A stretch of 63,877 nt of DNA, the filler included, from an uncultured Myxococcia bacterium (GTDB lineage: Bacteria > CAZTWC01): NCBI GenBank assembly GCA_964617105.1. It is 5 parts of 5 records of this genome, joined end to end, with 100 filler letters (N's around TTAATTAATTAA, not from the genome) between each part and the next. Parts side by side here need not be neighbours in the genome. Positions count along the whole stretch, not along the records: positions 13,887 to 27,661 come from CAZTWC010000077.1; positions 27,762 to 41,507 come from CAZTWC010000078.1; 3 more parts are not named here. One strand, written 5' to 3'. This document shows positions 19,449 through 29,566 of the stretch, piece after piece. The notes beneath the pieces were generated by a model. That model saw nothing but the letters and a program-made list of their open reading frames with translations, did not search any database and was not told the origin of the DNA. The position numbers were made by a program, and so were the translations under genes. Positions within the stretch are counted from its first letter, which is position 1, and every line of letters begins with the position of its first letter.

Positions 19449-20201
19449 ATGACAAAAAAAGAGAAAAAAGTCACCAGGAAGGAGATGGAGCAACCAGATG
19501 AGTTTATCACTTTTTCCTCCAAAGCATTTAACTGGCTGCAAGAACACCTGAAACAAGTTATCACCGCTATTGTTTGCATTTTGGTTATAGTGGTCATCAT
19601 TTCCAGCATTCATTTCTGGAAACGTTCTCACCACATCGACGCCTCCAAATTGTTGCTTGAGGCCGCTGAAATGTCCACCTGGACTGTGGTTGAAAAAGAA
19701 AAAAAGAATGATACCACAGAGAACAATAAAGTGGATACCCAAAAACAGTTTAAAGATGAACAGGAGCGCTACGGTAAAATAGTAGACAAACTAAAAGAGA
19801 TACAGCAAAAACATTCTTCCAGCAAAGTGGAATACCTGTCCAGGATCTTTGCCTCTGACTTGGCTTTGGAAGAAGATGACCAGGAAGCCGTGCTGGAGGA
19901 CTATAAGTATCTGGAAAAAAAATTGGCTGATGACCGTTACATCTACCCCCTCATACTGGAAAATTTGGGCTATTATTACGAAAATAAAAAAGAGTATGCA
20001 AAAGCGCTCCAATACTACCAAAAGATTTCTGATAACGAGGGTTTCTATAACGACTATGGTCTGTTTCACCAAATAAGAATTTCAAAAATCCAGGGCAAGA
20101 AAGATTCAGTTCAAGAACTGATAAAACAATTTTTAGAGAAATTTCCAACTTCCAAATTAAAGGCCAGGGTAAAGGAGATACAAAACCGGTTAGGAGTTTG
20201 A
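19449..20201 (+). CDS. YfgM-like TPR membrane protein
   Basis: KVTRKEMEQPDEF N-terminus, TM segment and TPR helices; lies upstream of a BamB-like gene. Confidence 0.8.
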   Translation: MTKKEKKVTRKEMEQPDEFITFSSKAFNWLQEHLKQVITAIVCILVIVVIISSIHFWKRSHHIDASKLLLEAAEMSTWTVVEKEKKNDTTENNKVDTQKQFKDEQERYGKIVDKLKEIQQKHSSSKVEYLSRIFASDLALEEDDQEAVLEDYKYLEKKLADDRYIYPLILENLGYYYENKKEYAKALQYYQKISDNEGFYNDYGLFHQIRISKIQGKKDSVQELIKQFLEKFPTSKLKARVKEIQNRLGV

Positions 20202-20205
20202 GGTT

Positions 20206-21348
20206 ATGAAGAAATTATGTATATTGATCTGCCTCATGTTTTTTGCATCTGGTTGTTCCCATCAAAAATCAAAAAATAAATTCGCTCATATTGTCGAGCA
20301 TAAAAAAACCATCTTTCATAACTGGCATTTTGATCTCAAAGGAGATCGGTTTGACAATTACCACTCTTTTGAATCCGCTCTGCCGGGAACCAACTTCAAT
20401 GGCGACACAGTTTGCGCCGGTAGTTCAGGCTCTCTGTTTTATTGCTTCAATTCCCTTTATGGACGTAAATTGTGGCAATTCCAGGCAGAGGGCAGCATTA
20501 GTTCCGAAGCCAGTTTTTTTGAAAATATGGTCTATTTCGGTGATGACAAAGGTTATTTGTACGCCATGGATTACAGCAGCGGCCAGGAACTCTGGCGCTA
20601 CTCCTCAGGCGGGGAAATAACCAGAAAGCCGGTAATAAAAAATGGGACGCTATATTTCGCTAACCAGGTAGGAAAAATAGTGGCTCTAGAGGCTGACAGC
20701 GGAAAATGGCTATGGCATTACCAGGCGCCTTCGGTCAACAAGATGACGATTTATGGCTATGCTCAACTAACCTTTTATGAAAACTATATTTATGCTGGTT
20801 TTAGCCAGGGCATGCTATGTAAATTAGATGCTTCTGATGGTTCTCTGGTATGGAAAAAAGCGTTGCCCGGAGAAGGACGATTTAGAGATATCGATATAAA
20901 ACCCAAAATATATGATGCCCATCTATTTGTGTCAGTTCACTCCCTGGGTATTTATCGTATAAGTCATAAAGATGGAGAAGTTAAAGAGACCTTTCCCTTC
21001 AAGGGAATTACCGCTTTTACCATTGATAGAGGGTGGCTCTACCTGGGTAATAGTGACGGCCAGGTAAAAACCGTTGATATCGATAGCCGTCGACCCCAAT
21101 GGGTATTCAAACTTAACCAGGGAACAATCAACTCCCTGCAAATTTACAATAATATCCTGTTGGCCGGCACCAGTGAAAACGGTTTATTCCTGCTGGATAA
21201 AGAATATGGTACTTTTATGGACAGATTTTATACTGGCAGTGGAATATACGGCAGCACGGTAAACAAACACCAAATCTACCTGATATCTAATCAAGGGATA
21301 TTATATTCACTCAGACTGGATTCACCCTACGGGCGCTTACAAAAATAA
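20206..21348 (+). CDS. BamB-like PQQ beta-propeller lipoprotein
   Basis: Lipobox ASGC; repeated LYA.D..SG..LW blades. Confidence 0.8.
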   Translation: MKKLCILICLMFFASGCSHQKSKNKFAHIVEHKKTIFHNWHFDLKGDRFDNYHSFESALPGTNFNGDTVCAGSSGSLFYCFNSLYGRKLWQFQAEGSISSEASFFENMVYFGDDKGYLYAMDYSSGQELWRYSSGGEITRKPVIKNGTLYFANQVGKIVALEADSGKWLWHYQAPSVNKMTIYGYAQLTFYENYIYAGFSQGMLCKLDASDGSLVWKKALPGEGRFRDIDIKPKIYDAHLFVSVHSLGIYRISHKDGEVKETFPFKGITAFTIDRGWLYLGNSDGQVKTVDIDSRRPQWVFKLNQGTINSLQIYNNILLAGTSENGLFLLDKEYGTFMDRFYTGSGIYGSTVNKHQIYLISNQGILYSLRLDSPYGRLQK

Positions 21349-21436
21349 CTTTGCACCCTCTGGGCACTTCGCATTCTGAGCGAGCCCTGAGAGCCCTGTC
21401 AAGCCAAGCGACATTTGTCTTTTAACATGACACTGG

Positions 21437-23092
21437 TCATTTAAAGGTAAGAACACAGTTATTATAATTGGACAATCCCAGGGGCACTTCTTGCAGTTGC
21501 TTAACGTTTAAAGAGGTCACTATCACCTGGTTTGTCTGGTAGTTCAATAGTTGCAGATAATGGGTACCGGGCTGGAGGCATGGTCCAAAAACTTTCACCT
21601 TCTTGGCATTGGAGATAATCAAATCAGCTGAAGATTGAGCCGGGGTGGCATTGTAATCGTAAGTGATGGGATCATCTTTTTTCAGGGCTATACCAATATC
21701 TGACGGTGAAGGAGAAGAACCCATGATGCCGCCAAAAACAGCATCTAGTTTTAATGCCTCGCTGGTTATTAAAAGCGCTTTGGTCCCCTCTTTTATATCA
21801 ACTTTATATTGAATATATCCAGGAACATAATTGGAAAAATGAGGGCTACCGATGCTGCTGGTTCCTTCCACCTGAACAATCTTTTTCTGGGAGTCAAATT
21901 TTTCTAACAGTAGAGGTTTGATTCGCTTGCAGTCCAACAAACCTCGGTCGTTTAAGATCTTTTTCACTTCCTCATCAACCGGCGGCGTTAATTTTTCCGC
22001 CTCATCCACCAACATTTGAACCGCCTGTGGGATAGAGGTATCCTGCTTCATACCCAACAAAGCCTCAAAAGCAATGCGGCGCGCCTTTTTGGGGCCGATT
22101 TTTTTCTCTATTGCCCAAAGAGCCGAACTCCATAGCCGTCCGTTGGCATGAACCTCTGATTGCCAATCCTGGCAGCGGAAAAACTCTTCCAAATTACGGG
22201 CATAAGTCTCTCCCGGTCTCATCTTATTGAGGGCATAATTGCCTATCACGGGATCCTTTCTAAAGGACGCAGGAAAATAATCAGCATAACCCTCATTGAT
22301 AGATATAGGTGAATTGTCCAGCCCATACTGATCCACCCCATAGCCGTTCAATCTCTTTATGCCAACTATAAAATGGGTATACTCATGGTAGATTACGCTG
22401 GCATCATAGGAATAATCCACCAATTTGCCCTGACCAAACATCAGGCTGTCGAACTCCCGTCTAAAAAGAGGTGGTAAACTCTGGCTGGACTCTTTGGGCA
22501 AATACATAGCATTGTCAAAAGGTGTCCATACTTCTCGCAGCTTGAATTGCATATTGGCGGTGGCCACAACTTTCCTCTTTTCATGGCCTGTATAACCAAA
22601 CTCCTCCTTAAAAAATTTGTACATCTGGTTGACATGGTAATAAAGCATTAATTCTGAAAATTGATCGCCAGGCTGACTAAACTTTTCCGGTGGTTCTACA
22701 TGAAGGTAGTTAAGCCCCACCGATTCTACCGTGTTTTCCTCTTTGCAAAGACAGATCATTTTAAGCAGGCAAGGACTATCCTCGCTGTTCAAACAATTTT
22801 TAGCCTCTATGAATTCTCCCACCAATTTTCCACCAGTTTCGGACAAGTTGGAAATTTGAACTTCCTGCCGTTGATTCTGGTCAGTTTCCGGATCAAGAGC
22901 AAACAGACGGGCCCAATGTCTGGGATAAAGCCCTGGTCCCAGTTTATTTCTGGCTAAGTCAAAGTTGCTATAATATGAGGCAGAAGGGTGAGAACGTAAA
23001 AATTTCTTATCTTCATCCTCTCCACAGCCTTGGGAAAAAATGGTTAAAAGTAGCAGTAAAAACACTATCTTATTTTCGATTTTAGATCTCAT
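21437..23092 (-). CDS. M4/M36-like zinc metallopeptidase catalytic chain with a lipoprotein-like signal (start re-called at ATG 23092)
   Basis: HEYTH, INEGYADYF and EVHANG.LW motifs; signal MRSKIENKIVFLLLLLTIFSQGC. Confidence 0.85.
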   Translation of the reverse strand: MRSKIENKIVFLLLLLTIFSQGCGEDEDKKFLRSHPSASYYSNFDLARNKLGPGLYPRHWARLFALDPETDQNQRQEVQISNLSETGGKLVGEFIEAKNCLNSEDSPCLLKMICLCKEENTVESVGLNYLHVEPPEKFSQPGDQFSELMLYYHVNQMYKFFKEEFGYTGHEKRKVVATANMQFKLREVWTPFDNAMYLPKESSQSLPPLFRREFDSLMFGQGKLVDYSYDASVIYHEYTHFIVGIKRLNGYGVDQYGLDNSPISINEGYADYFPASFRKDPVIGNYALNKMRPGETYARNLEEFFRCQDWQSEVHANGRLWSSALWAIEKKIGPKKARRIAFEALLGMKQDTSIPQAVQMLVDEAEKLTPPVDEEVKKILNDRGLLDCKRIKPLLLEKFDSQKKIVQVEGTSSIGSPHFSNYVPGYIQYKVDIKEGTKALLITSEALKLDAVFGGIMGSSPSPSDIGIALKKDDPITYDYNATPAQSSADLIISNAKKVKVFGPCLQPGTHYLQLLNYQTNQVIVTSLNVKQLQEVPLGLSNYNNCVLTFK

Positions 23093-23130
23093 AATATTTC
23101 CAAACTTTCCACATTCGCAATTGGTCTTTA

Positions 23131-23877
23131 TCAATACCTGGCCCGATCTCTGTTCATAACGATTTTGCCATCTCTGGCATCCACCAGATAATCGATATGG
23201 GTGATGCTGTTCAAAGCCGGTAATATTATATGGTAAACCGGTATTATCTCTGGTTTGGTGGCCAGAAAATACATTTTTCCTTTGCCCCATTTCTTCAATA
23301 AAAGGGGTGCATCATCTTTAAAACTTGCCTTCAGGGCAATTTTGTAAGCCGCCATTTGAGAGATCCAATTTTTTTTATCAGGACATTGGCTATTAGGCGC
23401 CTTTAGGCTGGAAAAAGCCTGTTGTACCACTTTTTGGTGGTTCATTTTAATATGCAGATTACTTTGCCAAACAGGTAATTGGCAGAAATGTTGTTGAAAA
23501 GTCAATTGAATGCTGTATTTACTGGACTCTATACCGCTAAAAGCCAAACGATTATTTTTATCCAGCAAAAAAAGATCGCCGTGTTGTCTAATAAACCACT
23601 GGGCAATCTCCCTGGCTCCATCTATTCCCTGGGGCGGTACGAGTGCTATTTTTCTGATCCCCACCGGCATCGGCTCCCCAGGCTTAAAGTCAAAAACCAC
23701 TTTGGCTCCGGCCACCTGCTTCAACTTATGCTGGGCTGATTTTACCTTTAATGGTATTGAAGGCAAAGAGGTAGTAACGCCGCCTGGGTGTTCAGCAAGT
23801 TCCTTAGCATCAATAATCCCCACCAAAAAAATCAGAGTTAAAGTAACGGTCAAAATGGATACAAATCTGATCAACAT
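23131..23877 (-). CDS. Stand-alone FTP + PepSY propeptide-like secreted protein
   Basis: Signal peptide; FTP-like LTFQQHF.QLPV; PepSY-like IS...A.KIAL...YLVDARDGKIV; stops right after the PepSY region. Confidence 0.8.
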   Translation of the reverse strand: MLIRFVSILTVTLTLIFLVGIIDAKELAEHPGGVTTSLPSIPLKVKSAQHKLKQVAGAKVVFDFKPGEPMPVGIRKIALVPPQGIDGAREIAQWFIRQHGDLFLLDKNNRLAFSGIESSKYSIQLTFQQHFCQLPVWQSNLHIKMNHQKVVQQAFSSLKAPNSQCPDKKNWISQMAAYKIALKASFKDDAPLLLKKWGKGKMYFLATKPEIIPVYHIILPALNSITHIDYLVDARDGKIVMNRDRARY

Positions 23878-23937
23878 GTATAAGCCTTTCCAAATAGTAA
23901 TATTTAAAAACCAGTTTACCATTTTTGGGGGCAGGTT

Positions 23938-24687
23938 TCAATAGTTGATCAGCCGGATCATATCCTGCTTCTCCATATCGGAGACCAAAGAGTAACCATT
24001 GTGGCCTTCGCGCCAGAGAATTACATTGTATCCCTTCTCTCTGCCGCTGATATCCGCTGGCCGGCCCTGACGAAAAGGAATATTGATGGACCTGGTGATC
24101 TCCTCGGGCGGGTAAAGGAGCAAGGTGGTTTTATTGCCTCCTGGACTCTGGTAAATAACCTGGGCCACCGGAGTATTGTTGATATAACTAAGGCGGGCGC
24201 CTCTGAGTTTGAGATTATAATGAGTAAAATCGGGTACTTTTACCGCATATTTCAAATTCTTGCTCAACCAGTGGCTCAGATGGCGCGAATCTTCACTTTC
24301 CATATCAAAAGCCAAATCAGCGGTATGGCGCTTTACCGATTCATCTATTAAATTTTGCCGATCAACACTAATAAAAGTCCAGGCAAAGGCGATAATCAAC
24401 ATGGCTGCCACAGCAGCGGGCAATGCTTTGAAGAAAACAAAATATTTCAAACCCTGGCCTATCTTATCTCCCTCCACCATCTGTCGAATATTTCTCTTTA
24501 GGGTTTGAGGCGCCTGGCCCGGTTGGCAACTGCTCTTCAGTAAGGTTTTAAAATTCTGCTGAAAATACAATAGATCTTGACAAGTGGGACAGTTGTGGAA
24601 ATGCTCTTTAAAAACCTGTTGCTCCTCTCCATCCAATTCACAGTCCAAATAGAGTTGGATAAACTTTTGAAAATGGCAGCAATCCAT
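23938..24687 (-). CDS. Zinc-binding (zf-HC2) transmembrane anti-sigma factor
   Basis: MDC...YLD.EL...HFHNCPTC motif, TM segment and periplasmic domain; abuts the ECF sigma gene. Confidence 0.88.
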   Translation of the reverse strand: MDCCHFQKFIQLYLDCELDGEEQQVFKEHFHNCPTCQDLLYFQQNFKTLLKSSCQPGQAPQTLKRNIRQMVEGDKIGQGLKYFVFFKALPAAVAAMLIIAFAWTFISVDRQNLIDESVKRHTADLAFDMESEDSRHLSHWLSKNLKYAVKVPDFTHYNLKLRGARLSYINNTPVAQVIYQSPGGNKTTLLLYPPEEITRSINIPFRQGRPADISGREKGYNVILWREGHNGYSLVSDMEKQDMIRLINY

Positions 24688-24688
24688 A

Positions 24689-25375
24689 TTAGTTGCCGCT
24701 CCCTGATTTTCTATGCCAATTATTGATCTCCGGCTCAATAATAGAACCGCTGTTACTATCTCTCTCCATCTCCGGCACACTCTCTTTAGAATTAGTGAGC
24801 AAATTATTTTGCCGGGCGTAATTGAACAGTATCTTCTGTAAAAGTTTCCTCCCCCGAAAAAGCCTTGACATCACTGTTCCTACCGGACAATCGAGCATTT
24901 GGGCTATCTCCCGGTAAGAAAAATCGTAAAGATCGCAGAGCAAAATCACTTCTCTAAAATCAATAGAAATTTGTAAAAAAGCCTTTTGCACCTGATCTGA
25001 AACAATCTTGCTAAAAAAATGGCCCTGGGGATCCAAATCGATACCGGGAAAAGCGGGCTCAGAATCTTCCGGTATGGTTTCATTTTCAAACAAATTATGG
25101 ACTATCTCCCTTTTCTGCTTGCGATAATTATTTTTAAAGGTGTTGTGGAGAATAGTAAACAGCCAGGCCCGGAGGTTCGTTCCAGGTTTAAACCGGCTAT
25201 GAAACCGTATTGCTTTCAGATAAGTTTCTTGCACCAAATCTTGAGCATCGGAAGGATTTCGGCAAAGACTGAGGGCATAGGCATAAAGATCGTCTATATA
25301 CAGGCAAATCTCCTCCTTAAAAACCCCTTCTTCTCTTTTTTTCTGGTTTAAAAAAATATTCAGCATTACACCCAA
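24689..25375 (-). CDS. ECF RNA polymerase sigma factor
   Basis: DAQDLVQETYLKA, GTNLRAWLFTIL and SYREIAQ.LDCPVGTVMSRLFRGR motifs. Confidence 0.93.
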   Translation of the reverse strand: MGVMLNIFLNQKKREEGVFKEEICLYIDDLYAYALSLCRNPSDAQDLVQETYLKAIRFHSRFKPGTNLRAWLFTILHNTFKNNYRKQKREIVHNLFENETIPEDSEPAFPGIDLDPQGHFFSKIVSDQVQKAFLQISIDFREVILLCDLYDFSYREIAQMLDCPVGTVMSRLFRGRKLLQKILFNYARQNNLLTNSKESVPEMERDSNSGSIIEPEINNWHRKSGSGN

Positions 25376-25489
25376 TCTCTATGGAATCGAATTATTAAGT
25401 TCTCATCCGAGAACTAACCCTTCCATTGATAAAACAATAGTGCACCTGATTTTATTCCCAAACCGGAGAAAAGGCAGATTTGATGGGGT

Positions 25490-25999
25490 TCAATCGATTT
25501 GCAGTTCACCATTAAGGTATTGGATGGTCAGATCGGCGCCTTTTGCATAACCTTTTTTTATTTGCTCAAACAAAAACTTTTCGATTATGGTGCCCAGGCC
25601 AAAAATCTTTACCTTCACCTCCATCTCAAACTCCCGCCGGATAGAGTTGTCACCGATTGGCACCAACTTTAACTCGCCTTTAAAAAAGAACTTTTTGTTC
25701 AAAATGTTGGGGGTGTTGCTGATGGTCATCCGCTGTTTATCTTTGTAATAAGTAGTTTCCTCGATATATTCCAAGTGCTTGCCACCCATTACCTTCTTGA
25801 TGGAAGCCGGTACCTCCCGATCAGGGATCAATTTTACCTTGCGGTAGATCTCCTGGTCGGTCTCCCGTTGTTCTAAACACTCCCTGGACTTGTAGTTGAT
25901 CTGCTTGTAGAGCCAAGTATTTAGTTCTTCATTGTAATGAACTTTTCTCAAATAGCCTTCCAGATCCACGGGAAAATCATTGATGATGGTTTCTTTCAT
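25490..25999 (-). CDS. DUF2505-like (START/SRPBCC-fold) protein
   Basis: Length and the V.VKIFGLG..IEKF motif. Confidence 0.65.
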   Translation of the reverse strand: MKETIINDFPVDLEGYLRKVHYNEELNTWLYKQINYKSRECLEQRETDQEIYRKVKLIPDREVPASIKKVMGGKHLEYIEETTYYKDKQRMTISNTPNILNKKFFFKGELKLVPIGDNSIRREFEMEVKVKIFGLGTIIEKFLFEQIKKGYAKGADLTIQYLNGELQID

Positions 26000-26199
26000 G
26001 GTGTTACTCCAAATTGGTAAATTTAATTTTTATCAAACCCAGAATCAACCGTTAGCTCGAAAAGAGAGGTGTTAGAGAACCGCTGTCCACCAAGTTTAGT
26101 GGTTGATTTTAGATTAAAGAACATGCTAATAAAATAGTCTTGGCATGTCAAGCCCCAAAGAAAACAGCCTTCAACACAAAATCTGCAGCAGATTTAAAA

Positions 26200-27590
26200 A
26201 TGACCCATAACACCTCCACCAATTTTAATAATAATAGACCAAACCGGCATTATGATGTTGCCAGCCAAAGAGTTGCCCTGTTGGCCGCGGCTCTAAGTTC
26301 ATTCTTTACCCCTTTTATGCTTTCAGCGGTAAATATTGCCCTGCCTGCCATAGGAAAAGAGTTTGGTCTGGATAACGTGCTGTTAAACTGGGTAGCCACC
26401 TCTTTTCTGCTGGCCGCGGCTATTTCCTTGATCCCCTGTGGCCGGCTGGCGGATATCTACGGCCGTAAAAAACTTTTTTTAACCGGAGTTGTATTCTTTA
26501 CCTTTTCCACCCTGCTGGTGGCCTTCTCTTTCAACACCGCTATGTTACTTATCACCAGATTCTTGCAAGGGATTGGCAGCGCCATGATCTTCTCGACCGG
26601 CACTGCTATGATCACCTCGATTTTTCCGCCCAAAGAGCGGGGGAAGGCGCTGGGCATCCTGGTCCATTTTTAGGCGGCATTCTCACCAGCAACCTGGGCT
26701 GGCGCTCTATATTCATCTTTCCTTTGCCCCTGGGACTACTGATCATTCTGCTGGTGCACAGTAAATTAAAGATGGAGTGGGCCGAAGCCAAGGGAGAACC
26801 CTTTGACCTCAAAGGTTCACTGATATTTGCTCTGGCAGTGATTTTGTTGCTCTACGGATTTTCCCGGCTACCGGCTACCACTGGTTTTATCTTTACCAGC
26901 GCCGGTATTTTGGGAATAGTTCTGTTTATCATCTGGGAAAAACAACTGGAAAATCCGGTATTGAATATATCTATTTTTGTAACCAACCGGGTGTTCGCCT
27001 TTTCTAACTTAGCTGCTCTACTCCATTACAGCGCTACTTTTGCTATAACTTTTCTTATCAGCCTCTATTTACAATATATAAAAGGTTTCAGCCCCCAGGA
27101 GGCAGGTGTGGTTTTGGTTTGCCAACCGGTTTTTATGGCTCTGGTTTCCCCCTTTGCCGGACGTCTATCAGACAAAATTGAGCCCAGAATAATGGCCTCT
27201 ATCGGCATGGGAATCACCGTCGCCGGCCTCCTCTATTTCAGTCTTCTGCATGAACAAACCCGGTTGATGGAGATAATAGTAAATTTAGGTTTGCTCGGGA
27301 TTGGTTTTGCTCTCTTCTCTTCTCCTAACATGAACGCTATTATGGGTTCGGTGGAAAGGCGCCATTATGGAGTCGCATCCGGAATGGTAAGCAGCATGAG
27401 AATATTGGGACAAATGCTCAGCATGGGTGTGGCTATGATCTGCTTCTCAATGGTGATGGGAAAAACCAGAATAGTCCCAGAAAATTTCCACCTCTTTATC
27501 AACACCGTCCAAATTCTCTTTTGGTTATTTTCCTCTTTCTGCCTGGCCGGGCTTTTTTTCTCCCTGGCCCGGGGAAAAGAAGAGCTATAA
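26200..27590 (+). pseudogene. DHA2-type MFS transporter, frameshifted near 26658
   Basis: ERGKALGI continues in another frame as GPFLGGILTS; about 10 codons expected between these motifs are missing. Confidence 0.8.
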
Positions 27591-27661
27591 GGTTGACGAA
27601 CTTGGCCTTTAATGATAGAAATAATGTTAAAATAACTATTTTTCTTCACTTTTCTCCAGCA

Positions 27662-27761
27662 NNNNNNNNNNNNNNNNNNNNNNNNNNNNNNNNNNNNNNN
27701 NNNNNTTAATTAATTAANNNNNNNNNNNNNNNNNNNNNNNNNNNNNNNNNNNNNNNNNNNN
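27662..27761. other. Artificial contig linker
   Basis: N44-TTAATTAATTAA-N44. Confidence 0.98.
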
Positions 27762-27978
27762 GGGCGACGATTGCGGCGCATCTGCGTTGTTGCCCAAAAC
27801 TATTTAATCCTCGACGTATTAGTCATACGCCTGCGGTTAAATAGTTTTGGGCGCCTAGCATCTGAGGCCGAAGGTCATCCCCGTGGGAAGGCCGAAGGTC
27901 ATCCCCGTGGGAAGGCCGAAGGTCATCCCTGTGGGAAGGCCGAAGGTCATCCCTTTAGGGACACCACACTCGTCGCCC
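27762..27978 (+). repeat. Structured palindromic element, copy B, with a tandem array inside its right arm
   Basis: Terminal inverted repeat GGGCGACGA/TCGTCGCCC. A perfect 16-bp stem (27792-27807/27837-27852) encloses the core TCCTCGACGTATTAGTCATACGCCTGCGG. Confidence 0.85.
27865..27961 (+). repeat. 4 x 24/25-nt tandem unit AGGCCGAAGGTCATCCC(cgt/cgt/tgt/ttta)GGGA
   Basis: Read directly; units at 27865, 27889, 27913 and 27937. Confidence 0.92.
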
Positions 27979-27987
27979 TTCGTCTCG

Positions 27988-29457
27988 TTATTCTCTTCCC
28001 TCTTCGCGGCCGCTGATATACTTGCGTAGTAGGAAAATTCCTATGGGACTCACCACTGCCATCACGCCGATTATCAGCCACATGGTTTCAGAGTCTTTGG
28101 GTCCTTCGGCCGGGCAATAGGTGGCCAGCAGGCGGCCGGAAAGCAGTCCCACAAAGAACTTAGCAAAAAAGTAGGGCAAAATAGATAGCGACATGTAGGA
28201 TGCTTCCTGCCCTTTAGGTGCGATGGAGGCGGTATATTCATACAGGCGCGGTGACCAGATAGCCTCACCAATGGAGAAGATAAACACAAACACGGTGATG
28301 GAGATGTTCAATGGGTGAACTGGTCCTTCCAGCCCCAACCAGGCGTGGCCAATCAGGCTCCCAAACCAAGAGTCAGCCAGGGGTTGGTAAAAACTTGGCG
28401 GGATTACCAGCAAAAAAACTGAGGTGGCGGAGATGAAAGAACCCACCACGATCATGGTGTAGGATTTGATTTTTTGGGCCAGGGCGCCGATAATCGGCAC
28501 CAGGATAACAATAATCATGGGATTGAGTACACTCCACAGGTTGCCTATTTTGGCGCCATCGCCCAATTCCCTGATACCGTATTTGGGAAAGGTGTAGTGC
28601 ATGTGATAAAACACCACCCTTACTCCCACGATTAAACTCAAGAACAACAAAAAGCGGTAAAAAGCAGGTGTTTTCCAAACTTCGATGAATATGTGCGCGG
28701 TTTTAGAACTGGTTTCCTTGACGATGGCCAAAATAGCGCTAATAGGATTTTTATACTGGTATTTTGGTTCTCTGGGGGTAATAACAACTCCCTCTTCAGT
28801 CATCTCCACACCGCTTCTCAGAAAGAACATCACCACCAATAGTCCGGGAATAGTGGCCAGAAAAGAGAGCAGAAACAGGGTCTGGTAAGTAGATAAGTCA
28901 ACGTTTAAGATAGGTACATTGTAGGTTCCGTATTCTCCCAGGTGGGTGCGAACTTTGTCGAATAGCCAACCGGCAATGGCAAAACCCACGTTCATCAGCA
29001 CATAATACATGGAAAAAGCCATAGAACGCTGAGCAGTATTGGAGTAGCGTTTGGTGGCAGCGGTCATCACCGGTATCATTAGAGCCAGCCCCATGGCCAG
29101 CAACAACATGCCAAAGGGCAGGACAATCCACTCGGTGGTGCTGAAAGCCATTACCCCCCTGGAAACCAGGCAGATAACAAATCCCATTAAAAATGCTTTT
29201 CGAATACCAACTGCATCAGTGAAAGAACCCACCAGCACCGTAAACAGGGAAATGATGGTTGACCAGATGGCTATTAGGTCACCGGCAGAAGCATCGGAGT
29301 ATTTCAGATCGGAAGAGAGCCAGAGTATGATGGTGGATGACATCAGCCCATAGGCAATAATCTCCAGCACCTTTTGGATATAGATGATCCACAATTCCCG
29401 GGGAGCAGATTTCAAGATGGTAAATTTTTCTAAAAAGGATGCGCTCTTTTTTTCCAT
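27988..29457 (-). CDS. MFS transporter, POT/PTR peptide-transporter-like
   Basis: At least 12 hydrophobic segments; AFSMYY..MNVG and GEA.WSPR.YEY.A.IAP.GQE motifs. Confidence 0.85.
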   Translation of the reverse strand: MEKKSASFLEKFTILKSAPRELWIIYIQKVLEIIAYGLMSSTIILWLSSDLKYSDASAGDLIAIWSTIISLFTVLVGSFTDAVGIRKAFLMGFVICLVSRGVMAFSTTEWIVLPFGMLLLAMGLALMIPVMTAATKRYSNTAQRSMAFSMYYVLMNVGFAIAGWLFDKVRTHLGEYGTYNVPILNVDLSTYQTLFLLSFLATIPGLLVVMFFLRSGVEMTEEGVVITPREPKYQYKNPISAILAIVKETSSKTAHIFIEVWKTPAFYRFLLFLSLIVGVRVVFYHMHYTFPKYGIRELGDGAKIGNLWSVLNPMIIVILVPIIGALAQKIKSYTMIVVGSFISATSVFLLVIPPSFYQPLADSWFGSLIGHAWLGLEGPVHPLNISITVFVFIFSIGEAIWSPRLYEYTASIAPKGQEASYMSLSILPYFFAKFFVGLLSGRLLATYCPAEGPKDSETMWLIIGVMAVVSPIGIFLLRKYISGREEGRE

Positions 29458-29566
29458 TTATAATAACTCCTGTTTTTTCGGTGTGAATTTAGCCAATCAT
29501 CAGGGAGATTTAGGCACGCCTGGTCATTTTTCCTTCTGGACTTTGGCAGTTAGTCTTTGGCTTTGG

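Noticed and set aside
23093-23290. N-terminal extension of the protease ORF
   Set aside because: It overlaps the propeptide gene; the signal peptide begins at ATG 23092.
27865-27961. Tandem 24-nt (and 18-nt at 17149) repeats as a CRISPR array
   Set aside because: The units are head-to-tail with no unique spacers, and there are no cas genes.
27771-28016. 81-aa ORF with AEGHPRGK repeats (also the ORF at 17217-17399)
   Set aside because: Spurious translation of the non-coding repeat element.
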